Shown: positions 8,564-17,546, numbered from the stretch's first letter. The stretch: DNA of 64,000 bases from Marispirochaeta sp. (GCA_963676835.2 CAXXFF010000004.1:64001-128000), one strand, 5' to 3'. The notes: generated from the letters alone by a model not told the origin. Made by a program: numbers and translations.

Positions 8564-9616
8564 TTATTTGAAAGAAAAATCATTAAAAATAATTTTTCCT
8601 GCATTTTCTTTTACATTAAATGCATCCGCAAACTGAGTAATTGGAAATTCATGAGTTATAACATGAGAAATATCCAGTCTTTCATTTTCCATTAAACGCA
8701 CAACCTGCCACCAGTTCCGCCAAATTTTTCTTCCGAAAATGCCAAACCACTTTATACCCTTAAGCGTTATGCTATTGGTTATATCAAGCTCAACCTTTTC
8801 TCCTACATGCCCAACAGAGACAAGTATTCCTTCGAGACGGATGAGGGAGTGTATATATTTGTAAATTGGGGCCGCTCCTGTAAGCTCAAGTGCAACATCA
8901 ACTCCCCTTGCATCTTTACAAATCTCCATTACCGCTTCCTTAGGATCATCCTTAAAAGGATTTATAGTTATTGCTCCAAGTCTTCTGGCTTGCTCCAGCC
9001 TGAACTGATTGACATCAATAGCAATTACCTTGCCTGCTCCGTTAAGAAAGGCGATCTGCATAGCCATAAGCCCGATAGGGCCGCAACCGCAAACCAGGAC
9101 ATTATCACCGGTATTGATTTTTGCTACATCCACCCCATGCATAGCGACTCCCGCCGGCTCCAGCAAGCAAGCAGTTCTATAAGGAACAGCATCAGGGACC
9201 TTAAATGTCACAATTTCAGGCGCTTTTATTAATTCAGCAAATGCACCAGGGTAATCGACTCCATAAATGCTCATATTCAGACAATTGTGGAGGTCACCGT
9301 TATCACAGTTGTAGCAGCGCATACAGGGGATATGAGTCTCCAGAGCAACCTTATCACCAATGGTTAATCGTTTAACCTTTTTTCCAACTTCCATTACTTC
9401 ACCGGAAACCTCATGACCAAAAAGAAATGGGAATTGAACATTAAAAGCTTTTGCAAATCCGGCTCCGGATGCATCCCAATTGTAAATATGAGTATCAGTC
9501 CCACATATGGCTGCGAAATACGGTTTTATTAAAACTTCATCATCACCGATAACAGGTTCTGGAATATCAAGAATTTCCGCACCAAAATCTTCTTTTGTTT
9601 TTAGTAAAGCTTTCAC
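8564..9616 (-). CDS. Zn-dependent MDR dehydrogenase (threonine/polyol/sugar-acid dehydrogenase-like)
   Basis: ICGTDTH, GHE, CxxCxxC...C structural Zn site and GCGPIG motif; GTG start with AAGGAG. Confidence 0.9.
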   Translation of the reverse strand: MKALLKTKEDFGAEILDIPEPVIGDDEVLIKPYFAAICGTDTHIYNWDASGAGFAKAFNVQFPFLFGHEVSGEVMEVGKKVKRLTIGDKVALETHIPCMRCYNCDNGDLHNCLNMSIYGVDYPGAFAELIKAPEIVTFKVPDAVPYRTACLLEPAGVAMHGVDVAKINTGDNVLVCGCGPIGLMAMQIAFLNGAGKVIAIDVNQFRLEQARRLGAITINPFKDDPKEAVMEICKDARGVDVALELTGAAPIYKYIHSLIRLEGILVSVGHVGEKVELDITNSITLKGIKWFGIFGRKIWRNWWQVVRLMENERLDISHVITHEFPITQFADAFNVKENAGKIIFNDFSFK

Positions 9617-9640
9617 GTTGCACTCCTTATCCTAATGGTT

Positions 9641-10645
9641 CTATAGTTCCTTTACAGACTTTCCTTTGATCAGTCTTGCGGGTAATTCAATAAACACTTT
9701 TTCTTCATCTTTATTTTCAATTCTCTTAATAAGGATTTCAGCTGCCATTTTTCCCATTTTCCTAATATTTTGAGCAATTTCATCTACAGGATCTTTCAGT
9801 AAGTAGGACCATCCCAAAATATCAAAGCCAATAAAAGAAATATCCTCAGGGATTGCATAACTATTCTCAATGATGGCTCGGTATATTCCTTTTGAAATGG
9901 TACTTCCTCCCCCAATGACCACTGTCGGCTTAGATGGATTTTCCATGGCCGTATGAAAAAGCTTGTAACCTATTTCAAATCCCCGCCCACTACGACTGAG
10001 AATTAAATCTTCATTAGCTTTAAGCAGACCATTCTCAGATAAAGCTTTTTTAAATCCTGCTATTCGTGCACTGTAAGTACTGATGCTTTTCTTTCCAGTA
10101 ATGAGGCAGATACGCTTATGGCCCTTATTAATTAAATCTAATGTTGCAGAATAGACCGCACTAAAGTTATCAGTTACGACAACATCAGAATCTATAATCT
10201 TGGTATATCGGTTTACTTGCACAATCGGAATATTGTACTCATTAAGTTGCTTTTTCAGTGAATTAACAGAACTTGTCGGCGATATAATTATTCCAGCTGC
10301 TTTAAAACTACTAGAAAGATTTAGATATTCTGTTAACTTATCTGCCTCTTCATTTGTACTCCCAATGATTGCCAGATAACCTGCCTTTCGCAACACTTCC
10401 TCAGCACCATTGGCAAGTGTCGAAAAGAAAAGGTCCATAATATCATTAATAATTATAAGAACAATTTTTGAAGTGCCAGTAACCAAAGATCGGGCTTGCT
10501 GATTAGGCTGGTAATTCATATCCTTTGCAGCTTTCAATACCCGCTTTACTGTTTCGGGGTTCATCTTTTTCGTACCATTCAGCACGTAGGATACAGTAGC
10601 TGTTGAGACACCTAACCTTTTAGCGATATCTTTGATCTTTGCCAT
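9641..10645 (-). CDS. LacI family transcriptional regulator
   Basis: IKDIAKRLGVSTATVSYVLN HTH, YQPNQQARSL hinge and IPEDISFIGFD motif. Confidence 0.95.
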   Translation of the reverse strand: MAKIKDIAKRLGVSTATVSYVLNGTKKMNPETVKRVLKAAKDMNYQPNQQARSLVTGTSKIVLIIINDIMDLFFSTLANGAEEVLRKAGYLAIIGSTNEEADKLTEYLNLSSSFKAAGIIISPTSSVNSLKKQLNEYNIPIVQVNRYTKIIDSDVVVTDNFSAVYSATLDLINKGHKRICLITGKKSISTYSARIAGFKKALSENGLLKANEDLILSRSGRGFEIGYKLFHTAMENPSKPTVVIGGGSTISKGIYRAIIENSYAIPEDISFIGFDILGWSYLLKDPVDEIAQNIRKMGKMAAEILIKRIENKDEEKVFIELPARLIKGKSVKEL

Positions 10646-10653
10646 AATTTATA

Positions 10654-10704
10654 GGTTAATCGTTTAACCTACTTTAGAGTATATCCGTTTTATCATCCTG
10701 TCAA
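10654..10704 (-). promoter_or_regulatory. sigma70 promoter of the island operon with a LacI-type operator at the start site
   Basis: TTGACA(10704-10699)-17 nt-TACTCT(10681-10676), then the palindrome GGTTAATCGTTTAACC with central CG. Confidence 0.8.
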
Positions 10705-10772
10705 CAAATTTGTTTTGCGCAATAGAAAGATATCCTTCATTATTATTTTTCTCCATGCTACACTCCCTTATC

Positions 10773-12209
10773 ATGGCAAGCATCTTCTGGTATGACCTCG
10801 AAACCTTTGGAAAAAACCCCTTCCACGACCGTATAGCACAGTTTGCCGGACTCAGGACGGATGACAATTTTGAACCCGTCGGCGATCCCATAGTACTGTA
10901 CTGCCGCCTGAGTCCTGACTACCTGCCCGATCCCGGGGCCTGCATGGTTACGGGCATAACCCCTATGAATCTGCCTGCCGATTCACTTCCGGAAAATGAA
11001 TTTATACGAAGAATCCTTCAGGAGTTCTCCCGTCCCGCAACCTGCGTGAGCGGGTACAATTCTATCCGTTTCGATGATGAGTTTATTCGCAACAGTCTCT
11101 ACCGAAACTTTTACGACCCCTACGAACGGGAATACCGGGACGGCAACAGCCGCTGGGATATCCTGGATCTGCTGCGGACAGCACGGGATCTGCGTCCCGA
11201 AGGCATTACCTGGGCCAACCACGAAGACGGACGTCCCGACTTTACCCTGGAAACACTGGCTGCGGCCAACGGCATAGATCATAAACACGCTCACGATGCC
11301 CTGAGTGATGTGTATGCAACCATCGGCATGGCGAAACTGGTATTTGAAAAGCAGCCCCGGCTGTTCCGCTATCTGTTCAAGCTGCGCAGCAAAAAAGAGG
11401 TATGGAAACAGATCGACCTCTACAAACAGACCCCCTTCCTGCATACATCGGGAATGTTCACCTCGAAACAAGGCTGTACCAGCCTGGTCATGCCTCTAAC
11501 GGTAGATCCCAACAACGGTAACTGCGTGCTCGCTTTTGATCTCCGTCAGGACCCGACTCCCCTTATAGAACTTTCAGTTGAGGAGATTCGCCGCAGGGTT
11601 TTTACCCCGGCATCACAGATGACCGACGAACGGATAAACCTGAAGGCAGTCCATGTAAACCGGGCTCCTTCCATCTCACCCGCCAAAACAGTGGATGATC
11701 CGGCTGCGTTAAAACTGGGTATAAACATGGAAGAATGCCGAAGCCATTACCGTATCTTAAGGAAAAACCCGGAAACAGGGCAGAAAATACGTCAGGTGTT
11801 TAACCAGGAACGCAGTGAACAACAGAAAGATCCGGACATGCAGATATATTCAGGGGGATTTTTCAAGGATGCCGACCGGGAAGGGTTTGAGATCATCCGC
11901 AGTGCATCGAGCACGGAACTGCAGTCAATCTCCCGTAAATGGGAGGATCCCCGTATTCCGGAAATGCTCTGGCGCTATACTGCCCGCAATTACCCCGAAA
12001 GCCTGCCTGAATCTGAAAAGAAAAAGTGGAAAAGCTTCTGTGCTTCACGCATCCTTGTCCCGGCTGCAGATGACGCCATGAGGCTGTCTGAATACCGGAA
12101 AAAACTTGAGTCCTACAAAGAGGACAAGAATATGCCTCCCCGGAAAAAGCTTATCGTACGGGACATGGAGGAGTATGCAGACAAACTGGAGAAGGAGATT
12201 CTAAGCTGA
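10773..12209 (+). CDS. sbcB: Exodeoxyribonuclease I
   Basis: DLETFG...DRIAQFAGLRTD, GYNSIRFDDE, HAHDALSDVYATI and RYTARNYP motifs. Confidence 0.93.
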   Translation: MASIFWYDLETFGKNPFHDRIAQFAGLRTDDNFEPVGDPIVLYCRLSPDYLPDPGACMVTGITPMNLPADSLPENEFIRRILQEFSRPATCVSGYNSIRFDDEFIRNSLYRNFYDPYEREYRDGNSRWDILDLLRTARDLRPEGITWANHEDGRPDFTLETLAAANGIDHKHAHDALSDVYATIGMAKLVFEKQPRLFRYLFKLRSKKEVWKQIDLYKQTPFLHTSGMFTSKQGCTSLVMPLTVDPNNGNCVLAFDLRQDPTPLIELSVEEIRRRVFTPASQMTDERINLKAVHVNRAPSISPAKTVDDPAALKLGINMEECRSHYRILRKNPETGQKIRQVFNQERSEQQKDPDMQIYSGGFFKDADREGFEIIRSASSTELQSISRKWEDPRIPEMLWRYTARNYPESLPESEKKKWKSFCASRILVPAADDAMRLSEYRKKLESYKEDKNMPPRKKLIVRDMEEYADKLEKEILS

Positions 12210-12908
12210 TCCGTTTTCAGCGGAGCCCATCCGGTGAAAATGTACATGAAGCTTCGTTCCGTTATCTGTAAGGCGAATTACTTCTGCTGTAATGGAGTAG
12301 GTATGCTCTCCATAGGCAAACTCCAGCTTAAGATCATTGCCCTCACTGAACATCTTGTCAGGATTATCCAGGGACGCACCGGTAGAGCTTAAATCAAAAA
12401 TTCTTGCCTGCTTCCCTTCCCTACCTGCTCCCGTACCGGAAACAGCAGCGGAAAGATCGACCCGTTTACGGGGCGTACTCCGGCGCATAAAGGTTATTCC
12501 TTTCAGCTCTTCCGACACCGGCGCAAGCCCTGCTTTGAGCAAAATAGTCCGGGCAAGTTCCTCTCCTGTACCGCCGTTTTTCAGATAGTGCCTGAGACAG
12601 GAATCAAAGAGATGATTGTTAACAAGTAGAATGTATTTCTGTTCCGGATGCTCAAGATAGGCTGCCATCTTTTCCAGCAATCGAGCCTCATCCTTGCTTA
12701 TCTCATATTTTTGTAAAAAGCTCTGCCATTTCTGCTCCCAGGCAGTCTTAATGCTCTCCTGCTCCCTCTTTATCCGCCGGCGATTAGCAAGTACAAGCCA
12801 GGCAACAAACAGTACCGGTAGAACCAGAAATATTCCTGTCTCCAGGGAATTAGTCCCCAGGGATCTTGAGAATATCTGATGCCAGATTCTGCGGATAAAC
12901 TCTGCCAT
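12201..12908 (-). CDS. Membrane-anchored PilZ domain protein
   Basis: N-terminal TM; RRSTPR (RxxxR) and DLSSTG (DxSxxG) c-di-GMP motifs. Confidence 0.8.
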   Translation of the reverse strand: MAEFIRRIWHQIFSRSLGTNSLETGIFLVLPVLFVAWLVLANRRRIKREQESIKTAWEQKWQSFLQKYEISKDEARLLEKMAAYLEHPEQKYILLVNNHLFDSCLRHYLKNGGTGEELARTILLKAGLAPVSEELKGITFMRRSTPRKRVDLSAAVSGTGAGREGKQARIFDLSSTGASLDNPDKMFSEGNDLKLEFAYGEHTYSITAEVIRLTDNGTKLHVHFHRMGSAENGSA

Positions 12909-13048
12909 ACATAAAAGATACGCCTTTATGACGGTACAGTAAAATCCATAAGGCTGCTGCTCCCTCAATGCCGGGCTCTGCTGTAAGAATATTTGCAAAA
13001 TCCTCAGGCAGTGGTATATTGAAAGACAAGAATAAAACAGGAGCAAAC

Positions 13049-13831
13049 ATGAAAAAGATATCATATCTGGCAATCGCCGCAGTACTGCTGACTTTAACCC
13101 TCCCCCTCAGCGCAGCACCCCTCAAGGGAATGTCCCTCAACGGATCCACCGGACTGGTTAGTATACCCACAGGACGAATCGGCTGGGAAAGATCAGCGGA
13201 TATCGGTTTCGATGTGGGATACCACGCTATTATTGATGATGAAACCGTCAGCATACCCAAGGTAAGCCTGAGCCTTTTTCAAATACTTGAAATGGGAATT
13301 GCCTACGACACTCAGCCCGGAGACGACAACGAGGACCTCATCGCCCATGCAAAGATTCAGCTGCCCATCAAGGGAGCTTCTGCAGTTGCAGTGGGTGCAA
13401 ATCATCAGATGCTGCAGTCTGCAGGTGTTGATACCCCATCACACACCCAGATTTATCTTGCAGCCACCTACCCCGGGGAGTTCTTCGGCATGCCTGCAGA
13501 AACAACCGCAGTAGTAGGAAAAACCTTTGTAGAAGATACAAGTACAGACGATATTGATTTCGGCATGGGGTTTGATCTTAACCTTTTTCCCAAGATATTC
13601 TCCGGATATATTCACTGGATTAATGACTTCTCAAACTTTTCCTACTCCGGCGATGCATATGGCGCGGTCGCTGCTTCCAGGGGAGTTTTCAATTCCGGTA
13701 TTCGTATTGATCTTGCCAGCATACCGGCATTTTCAAAATACAAGTTTGCAATAGACGCGATTGTAACGGATGCCATGGATGCGAATAGAGCCTTCAGTCT
13801 TGGAGTAGCTTTCGGCGCACCCATCAAATAA
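13049..13831 (+). CDS. Secreted/outer-membrane beta-strand protein (YjbH-like N-terminus)
   Basis: Signal peptide, GSTGLVSIPTG motif, amphipathic beta-strands; RBS AGGAG. Confidence 0.55.
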   Translation: MKKISYLAIAAVLLTLTLPLSAAPLKGMSLNGSTGLVSIPTGRIGWERSADIGFDVGYHAIIDDETVSIPKVSLSLFQILEMGIAYDTQPGDDNEDLIAHAKIQLPIKGASAVAVGANHQMLQSAGVDTPSHTQIYLAATYPGEFFGMPAETTAVVGKTFVEDTSTDDIDFGMGFDLNLFPKIFSGYIHWINDFSNFSYSGDAYGAVAASRGVFNSGIRIDLASIPAFSKYKFAIDAIVTDAMDANRAFSLGVAFGAPIK

Positions 13832-13865
13832 CATTTCCCCTACTTTTTATTGTCCCCGACATTTC

Positions 13866-13893
13866 AGCGGCCGTTTTTCGGCCGCTTTTTTTT
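13866..13893 (+). terminator. Intrinsic terminator
   Basis: GCGGCCG-TTTTT-CGGCCGC followed by T8. Confidence 0.85.
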
Positions 13894-14252
13894 GTCTGTC
13901 CATTTCCCCCTCCACCTTCCGTTTTTCACCCTTTTACAGCCTTCAGAAAGATTAAAGGGAGTACCTACATCATACAACAGCGGCAAAGAGACTATTTTTG
14001 TAGTATTCTAAACTTTTTTATGCCATATATCATTTGTCTACGAAAATCTGACAAAAGTTAAACATATAGCCTTTCTATAGAAAATCTTTTCCCCGCAATG
14101 CAATACGTTACTATTTCATTACACAGTAGTTAGTTACAATCGTATTGCATGAGGGAAAACAGTTTATGGGACAAACAAGCCTTGACTCAAGCTCAATCTT
14201 TATTTAGTTTACTAAATATATACACATTACAAATTTTTTTGAGGAGTACACA

Positions 14253-15215
14253 ATGCGTAAAACTTTACGTTTGCTTACCATTGCACTGGTAATGCTTAGT
14301 TTCACATTTGCAGTCAGTGCAAACGGACAGAATGAAGGCGGTTCTGTAAAACTTGTTTTTGGTGATGTTTCATGGGACAGTGTTCAGGTACACAACCGGA
14401 TCGCGGCTTTCATTATTGAAAATGGACTTGAAGGCAGCTATGAGATTGATTATGTGCCCGGAGACACCCTTCCCATTATCAGCGGTGTTATTCAGGGAGA
14501 TATTGATATCGACATGGAATCCTGGCACTCAAACTTCCGGGATGCTTACGAAAAAGGTATTGCCACCGGAGATATGATCGACCTTGGTCCCAACTATCCT
14601 GACGGACCCCAGGGCTGGTGGATTCCCCGCTACCTGGTTGAAGGTTCAGATGCCGAGGCTCCCGGTCTTAAGAGTGTTGCGGATCTGCCCAAATATGCAC
14701 ACCTGTTTAAAGACCCCGAAGATCCCGACATGGGAGCTATCTACGGGGGTGTAGCCGGCTGGTCTCAGATGGAAATTTCCGAGCAGATCTTCAATGACGC
14801 TGACCTCAGTGACACCTACAACCTCGTAATTGCAGGTTCCGGTGCAGCTCTTGCGGGTACCATGGTTGGTGCATACGAGAAAAAGGAACCATGGATCGGT
14901 TACTACTGGGCCCCCACTGCGGTTCTTGGAAAGCTTGATATGATCCGCCTTAAAGGCAGTGAGTATGAGAAAGCGGACGTGAACATCCTGGTTAACAAAC
15001 GGGTGGTTGAAGAGGCTCCCGAAGTTGCGGAGTTCCTGAAAAACTACAATACCACCGTAGACCAGAACAACGAGTTCCTGGCCAAAATGTCTGCTGAAGA
15101 CTGGGACACCCAGGAAACAGCAGTCTGGTTCCTGAAAAACCGCGAAGACGTATGGACCGAATGGGTCGATGCGGCTGTTGCAGACAAGGTGAAAGAAGCT
15201 CTTGCTTCAATGTAA
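14253..15215 (+). CDS. proX: Glycine betaine/proline ABC transporter substrate-binding protein
   Basis: SWDS, DIDMESW, QGWWIPRY and WIGYYWAP aromatic-cage motifs. Confidence 0.88.
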   Translation: MRKTLRLLTIALVMLSFTFAVSANGQNEGGSVKLVFGDVSWDSVQVHNRIAAFIIENGLEGSYEIDYVPGDTLPIISGVIQGDIDIDMESWHSNFRDAYEKGIATGDMIDLGPNYPDGPQGWWIPRYLVEGSDAEAPGLKSVADLPKYAHLFKDPEDPDMGAIYGGVAGWSQMEISEQIFNDADLSDTYNLVIAGSGAALAGTMVGAYEKKEPWIGYYWAPTAVLGKLDMIRLKGSEYEKADVNILVNKRVVEEAPEVAEFLKNYNTTVDQNNEFLAKMSAEDWDTQETAVWFLKNREDVWTEWVDAAVADKVKEALASM

Positions 15216-15254
15216 GACGGTGACCGTCATACATTCCAATAAGGACACACTATA

Positions 15255-16529
15255 ATGTCTCAAGAATCTAATACGGGGAGCCAGCAGGCTCCCCATTCTT
15301 TGTCAGCTGATACAAAAAGCGACACTATTATCGAGGTAAAGAATCTCTGGAAGGTTTTCGGCCGGGACCCGAAACGAGTGCTCAGCAAGAAACTGAGAGG
15401 TTTGACCAAGGAAGAAATTCAGAAGAAAACCGGCTGTGTTGTCGGTATGCGGGATATCTCCCTGAATATCAAACGGGGAGAGTTTTACATTCTCATGGGA
15501 CTTTCCGGAAGTGGCAAGTCGACTCTTATCCGCAGCCTTATCCGCCTGAATGATCCCACTTCGGGAGCTATTATTGTAAACGGAACGGATATTGCAAAAC
15601 TGGGAGGCGAAGATCTTCTGGAATTCCGCAAGAAAACCTATGGAATGGTTTTCCAGCACTACGGGCTGTTCCCTCATATGACCGTTCTGGACAACGCGGC
15701 CTACGGGCTCAAGGTAAAGGGTATGCCCAAGGGAGAACGCTACGCTAAGGCCATGACCACCCTGGAAACGGTAGGTCTCAAAGGCTGGGAAGATTACTAT
15801 CCCGGTGCCTTAAGCGGCGGTATGCAGCAGCGGGTAGGCCTGGCCCGGGCTCTGGCCAACGAGCCGGACATTCTGCTTATGGATGAGCCCTTTTCCGGTC
15901 TTGATCCCCTTATCCGGCGCCAAATGCAGGACGAACTGGTTGAACTGCAGGATAAACTGAAGAAGACAATCATTTTTGTTACCCACGACCTGCATGAAGC
16001 ACTGAAGTTAGGTGACCGGATAGCCATTATGCGTAACGGTGAGCTGGTACAGATCGGCAGTCCCGAAGAGATTGTCACCGAACCTGCAGATGAATACGTG
16101 CAGGAGTTTGTCCGTGATGCATCTCCCGCCAAGGTTCTTACCGCAGGCAGCATCATGGAAAAACCTAGTGTTCTTCTGTATGACTGGGAAGGCCCAAACA
16201 CAGCGATTCATATGCTGCAGTCAAACAAGCGTAACGCAGCATTTGTGGTGGATAAAAAGCATACCCTTCTTGGGGTGGCTACACAGGATAAGCTTAAACC
16301 ATATGCCGATATGAAAGACAAGGATGCCAAGATTCCCAAGGAATCTTTTCGTATGGTTCCGACAGTAACGGAAGACACAATCCTGGAAGATCTTTTCAGT
16401 ATAGTTACCGCCAACCCCTACCCCATTCCAGTTACCGATGAAAACGGCAAACTTCTGGGGATAGTAAAGACCGATACCATCTTTGAAACTATCAGCATAA
16501 ATCATGACGAGGGGGACAGCAATGCTTGA
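15255..16529 (+). CDS. proV: Glycine betaine/proline ABC transporter ATPase with CBS pair
   Basis: MGLSGSGKST, LSGGMQQRVGLARAL and MDEPFSGLDPLIRRQMQDEL motifs; C-terminal CBS domains. Confidence 0.93.
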   Translation: MSQESNTGSQQAPHSLSADTKSDTIIEVKNLWKVFGRDPKRVLSKKLRGLTKEEIQKKTGCVVGMRDISLNIKRGEFYILMGLSGSGKSTLIRSLIRLNDPTSGAIIVNGTDIAKLGGEDLLEFRKKTYGMVFQHYGLFPHMTVLDNAAYGLKVKGMPKGERYAKAMTTLETVGLKGWEDYYPGALSGGMQQRVGLARALANEPDILLMDEPFSGLDPLIRRQMQDELVELQDKLKKTIIFVTHDLHEALKLGDRIAIMRNGELVQIGSPEEIVTEPADEYVQEFVRDASPAKVLTAGSIMEKPSVLLYDWEGPNTAIHMLQSNKRNAAFVVDKKHTLLGVATQDKLKPYADMKDKDAKIPKESFRMVPTVTEDTILEDLFSIVTANPYPIPVTDENGKLLGIVKTDTIFETISINHDEGDSNA

Positions 16530-17391
16530 ATTTCCTGAGGTAATTTCCATTCCCCTTGCGGACTGGATCGACGCAATAATGAGCTGGCTTCTGAAGAATC
16601 TGGACGGCTTTTTTGATGCAATCGGATTTGTCATTCTCCAGGTAATGATGGCCTTTGAAGCAATATTCACCATTACTCCCTGGCTCATCCTCATTCCCCT
16701 TACAGTACTTGCAGGCTGGAAACTGCTGGGACACCTGTATACCGGAATAGGCTTCGGCGTAATGCTCTTTCTGGTGGGGACCTTCGGATACTGGGAACTC
16801 GCCATGATGACCTTGAGCCTTGTTTTTGCAGCAGTTATTTTCTCGCTGCTTATCGGCCTTCCCCTGGGAATTGTAATGGCACGAAGTGACCGGGCTGAGT
16901 CCATACTGAAACCGGTACTGGACGGCATGCAGACCATGCCCTCCTTTGTCTACCTTATACCGGCCCTGATGTTTTTCGGACTTGGTAAGGTTCCGGCAAT
17001 TATTGCAACCATCATCTATGCGGTGCCGCCGGTAATCCGACTGACCAATGTGGGAATCCGCACTGTTGACCGCGAAGCAGTTGAAGCTGCCCGTGCCTTC
17101 GGCGCTACGCCCAAGATGGTTCTGTTTGATGTGCAGCTGCCCCTGGCAAAGCCTTCGATTATGGTCGGCGTAAACCAGACGACAATGATGGCCCTGGCCA
17201 TGGTAGTTATAGGCTCCATGATCGGTGCAAAAGGCCTTGGTATGGAAGTACTTCTGGCGATCAGCCGGATTGAGGTCGGAAAAGGATTTGAGGCTGGAAT
17301 CAGTATTGTGTTCCTGGCAATTATTATTGACCGCCTTACCCACTCTTTTGCTCAGTCCGACTACAGCAGCAAAGGCAAGAAAGAAGAGTAA
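16522..17391 (+). CDS. proW: Glycine betaine/proline ABC transporter permease
   Basis: LDGMQTMPSFVYLIP, EAARAFG and GVNQTTMMALAMVV motifs. Confidence 0.93.
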   Translation: MLEFPEVISIPLADWIDAIMSWLLKNLDGFFDAIGFVILQVMMAFEAIFTITPWLILIPLTVLAGWKLLGHLYTGIGFGVMLFLVGTFGYWELAMMTLSLVFAAVIFSLLIGLPLGIVMARSDRAESILKPVLDGMQTMPSFVYLIPALMFFGLGKVPAIIATIIYAVPPVIRLTNVGIRTVDREAVEAARAFGATPKMVLFDVQLPLAKPSIMVGVNQTTMMALAMVVIGSMIGAKGLGMEVLLAISRIEVGKGFEAGISIVFLAIIIDRLTHSFAQSDYSSKGKKEE

Positions 17392-17404
17392 AAACCAGGC
17401 ATTT

Positions 17405-17443
17405 AAATAAAAAGCGGGGGAGCACGGCAACGCCGCGCTCCCC
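17405..17443 (-). terminator. Intrinsic terminator (U-tract on the minus strand; the hairpin may also stop proXVW)
   Basis: Minus strand reads GGGGAGCGCGGC-GTT-GCCGTGCTCCCC-CGCTTTTTATTT. Confidence 0.8.
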
Positions 17444-17546
17444 TAAAGAACGGATGGGACAGTGCTTTTTACAGGCAGTTTTCCAGGAAGAATAACCCTG
17501 CGCCGCAAATGCACAATAGAAGGTGCATGACTACCTTCGATATTGT
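17405..17546 (-). ncRNA. Candidate sRNA or small-peptide mRNA (~140 nt)
   Basis: Own promoter, 5' hairpin (ACAATA..GAAGGT/ACCTTC.TATTGT), internal 19-aa ORF at 17469-17528 and an intrinsic terminator whose U-tract is on the minus strand. Confidence 0.6.

Noticed and set aside
8564..9616. Calling the dehydrogenase tdh (threonine 3-dehydrogenase)
   Set aside because: It is similar, but there is no kbl neighbour and the TRAP/transketolase/LacI context points to a carbohydrate-type substrate.
3655..10725. Target-site duplication at the island ends (TGTTTGCACAAT vs TGTTTTGCGCAAT)
   Set aside because: Too short and imperfect in AT-rich sequence, and no recombinase is present.
13900..14250. Possible c-di-AMP (ydaO) riboswitch ahead of the betaine transporter
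   Set aside because: The conserved ydaO sequence elements were not recognisable; only a generic inverted repeat is supported.
16221..17430. Long antisense ORFs (238 and 312 aa) over proV/proW
   Set aside because: Shadow frames of well-supported genes.
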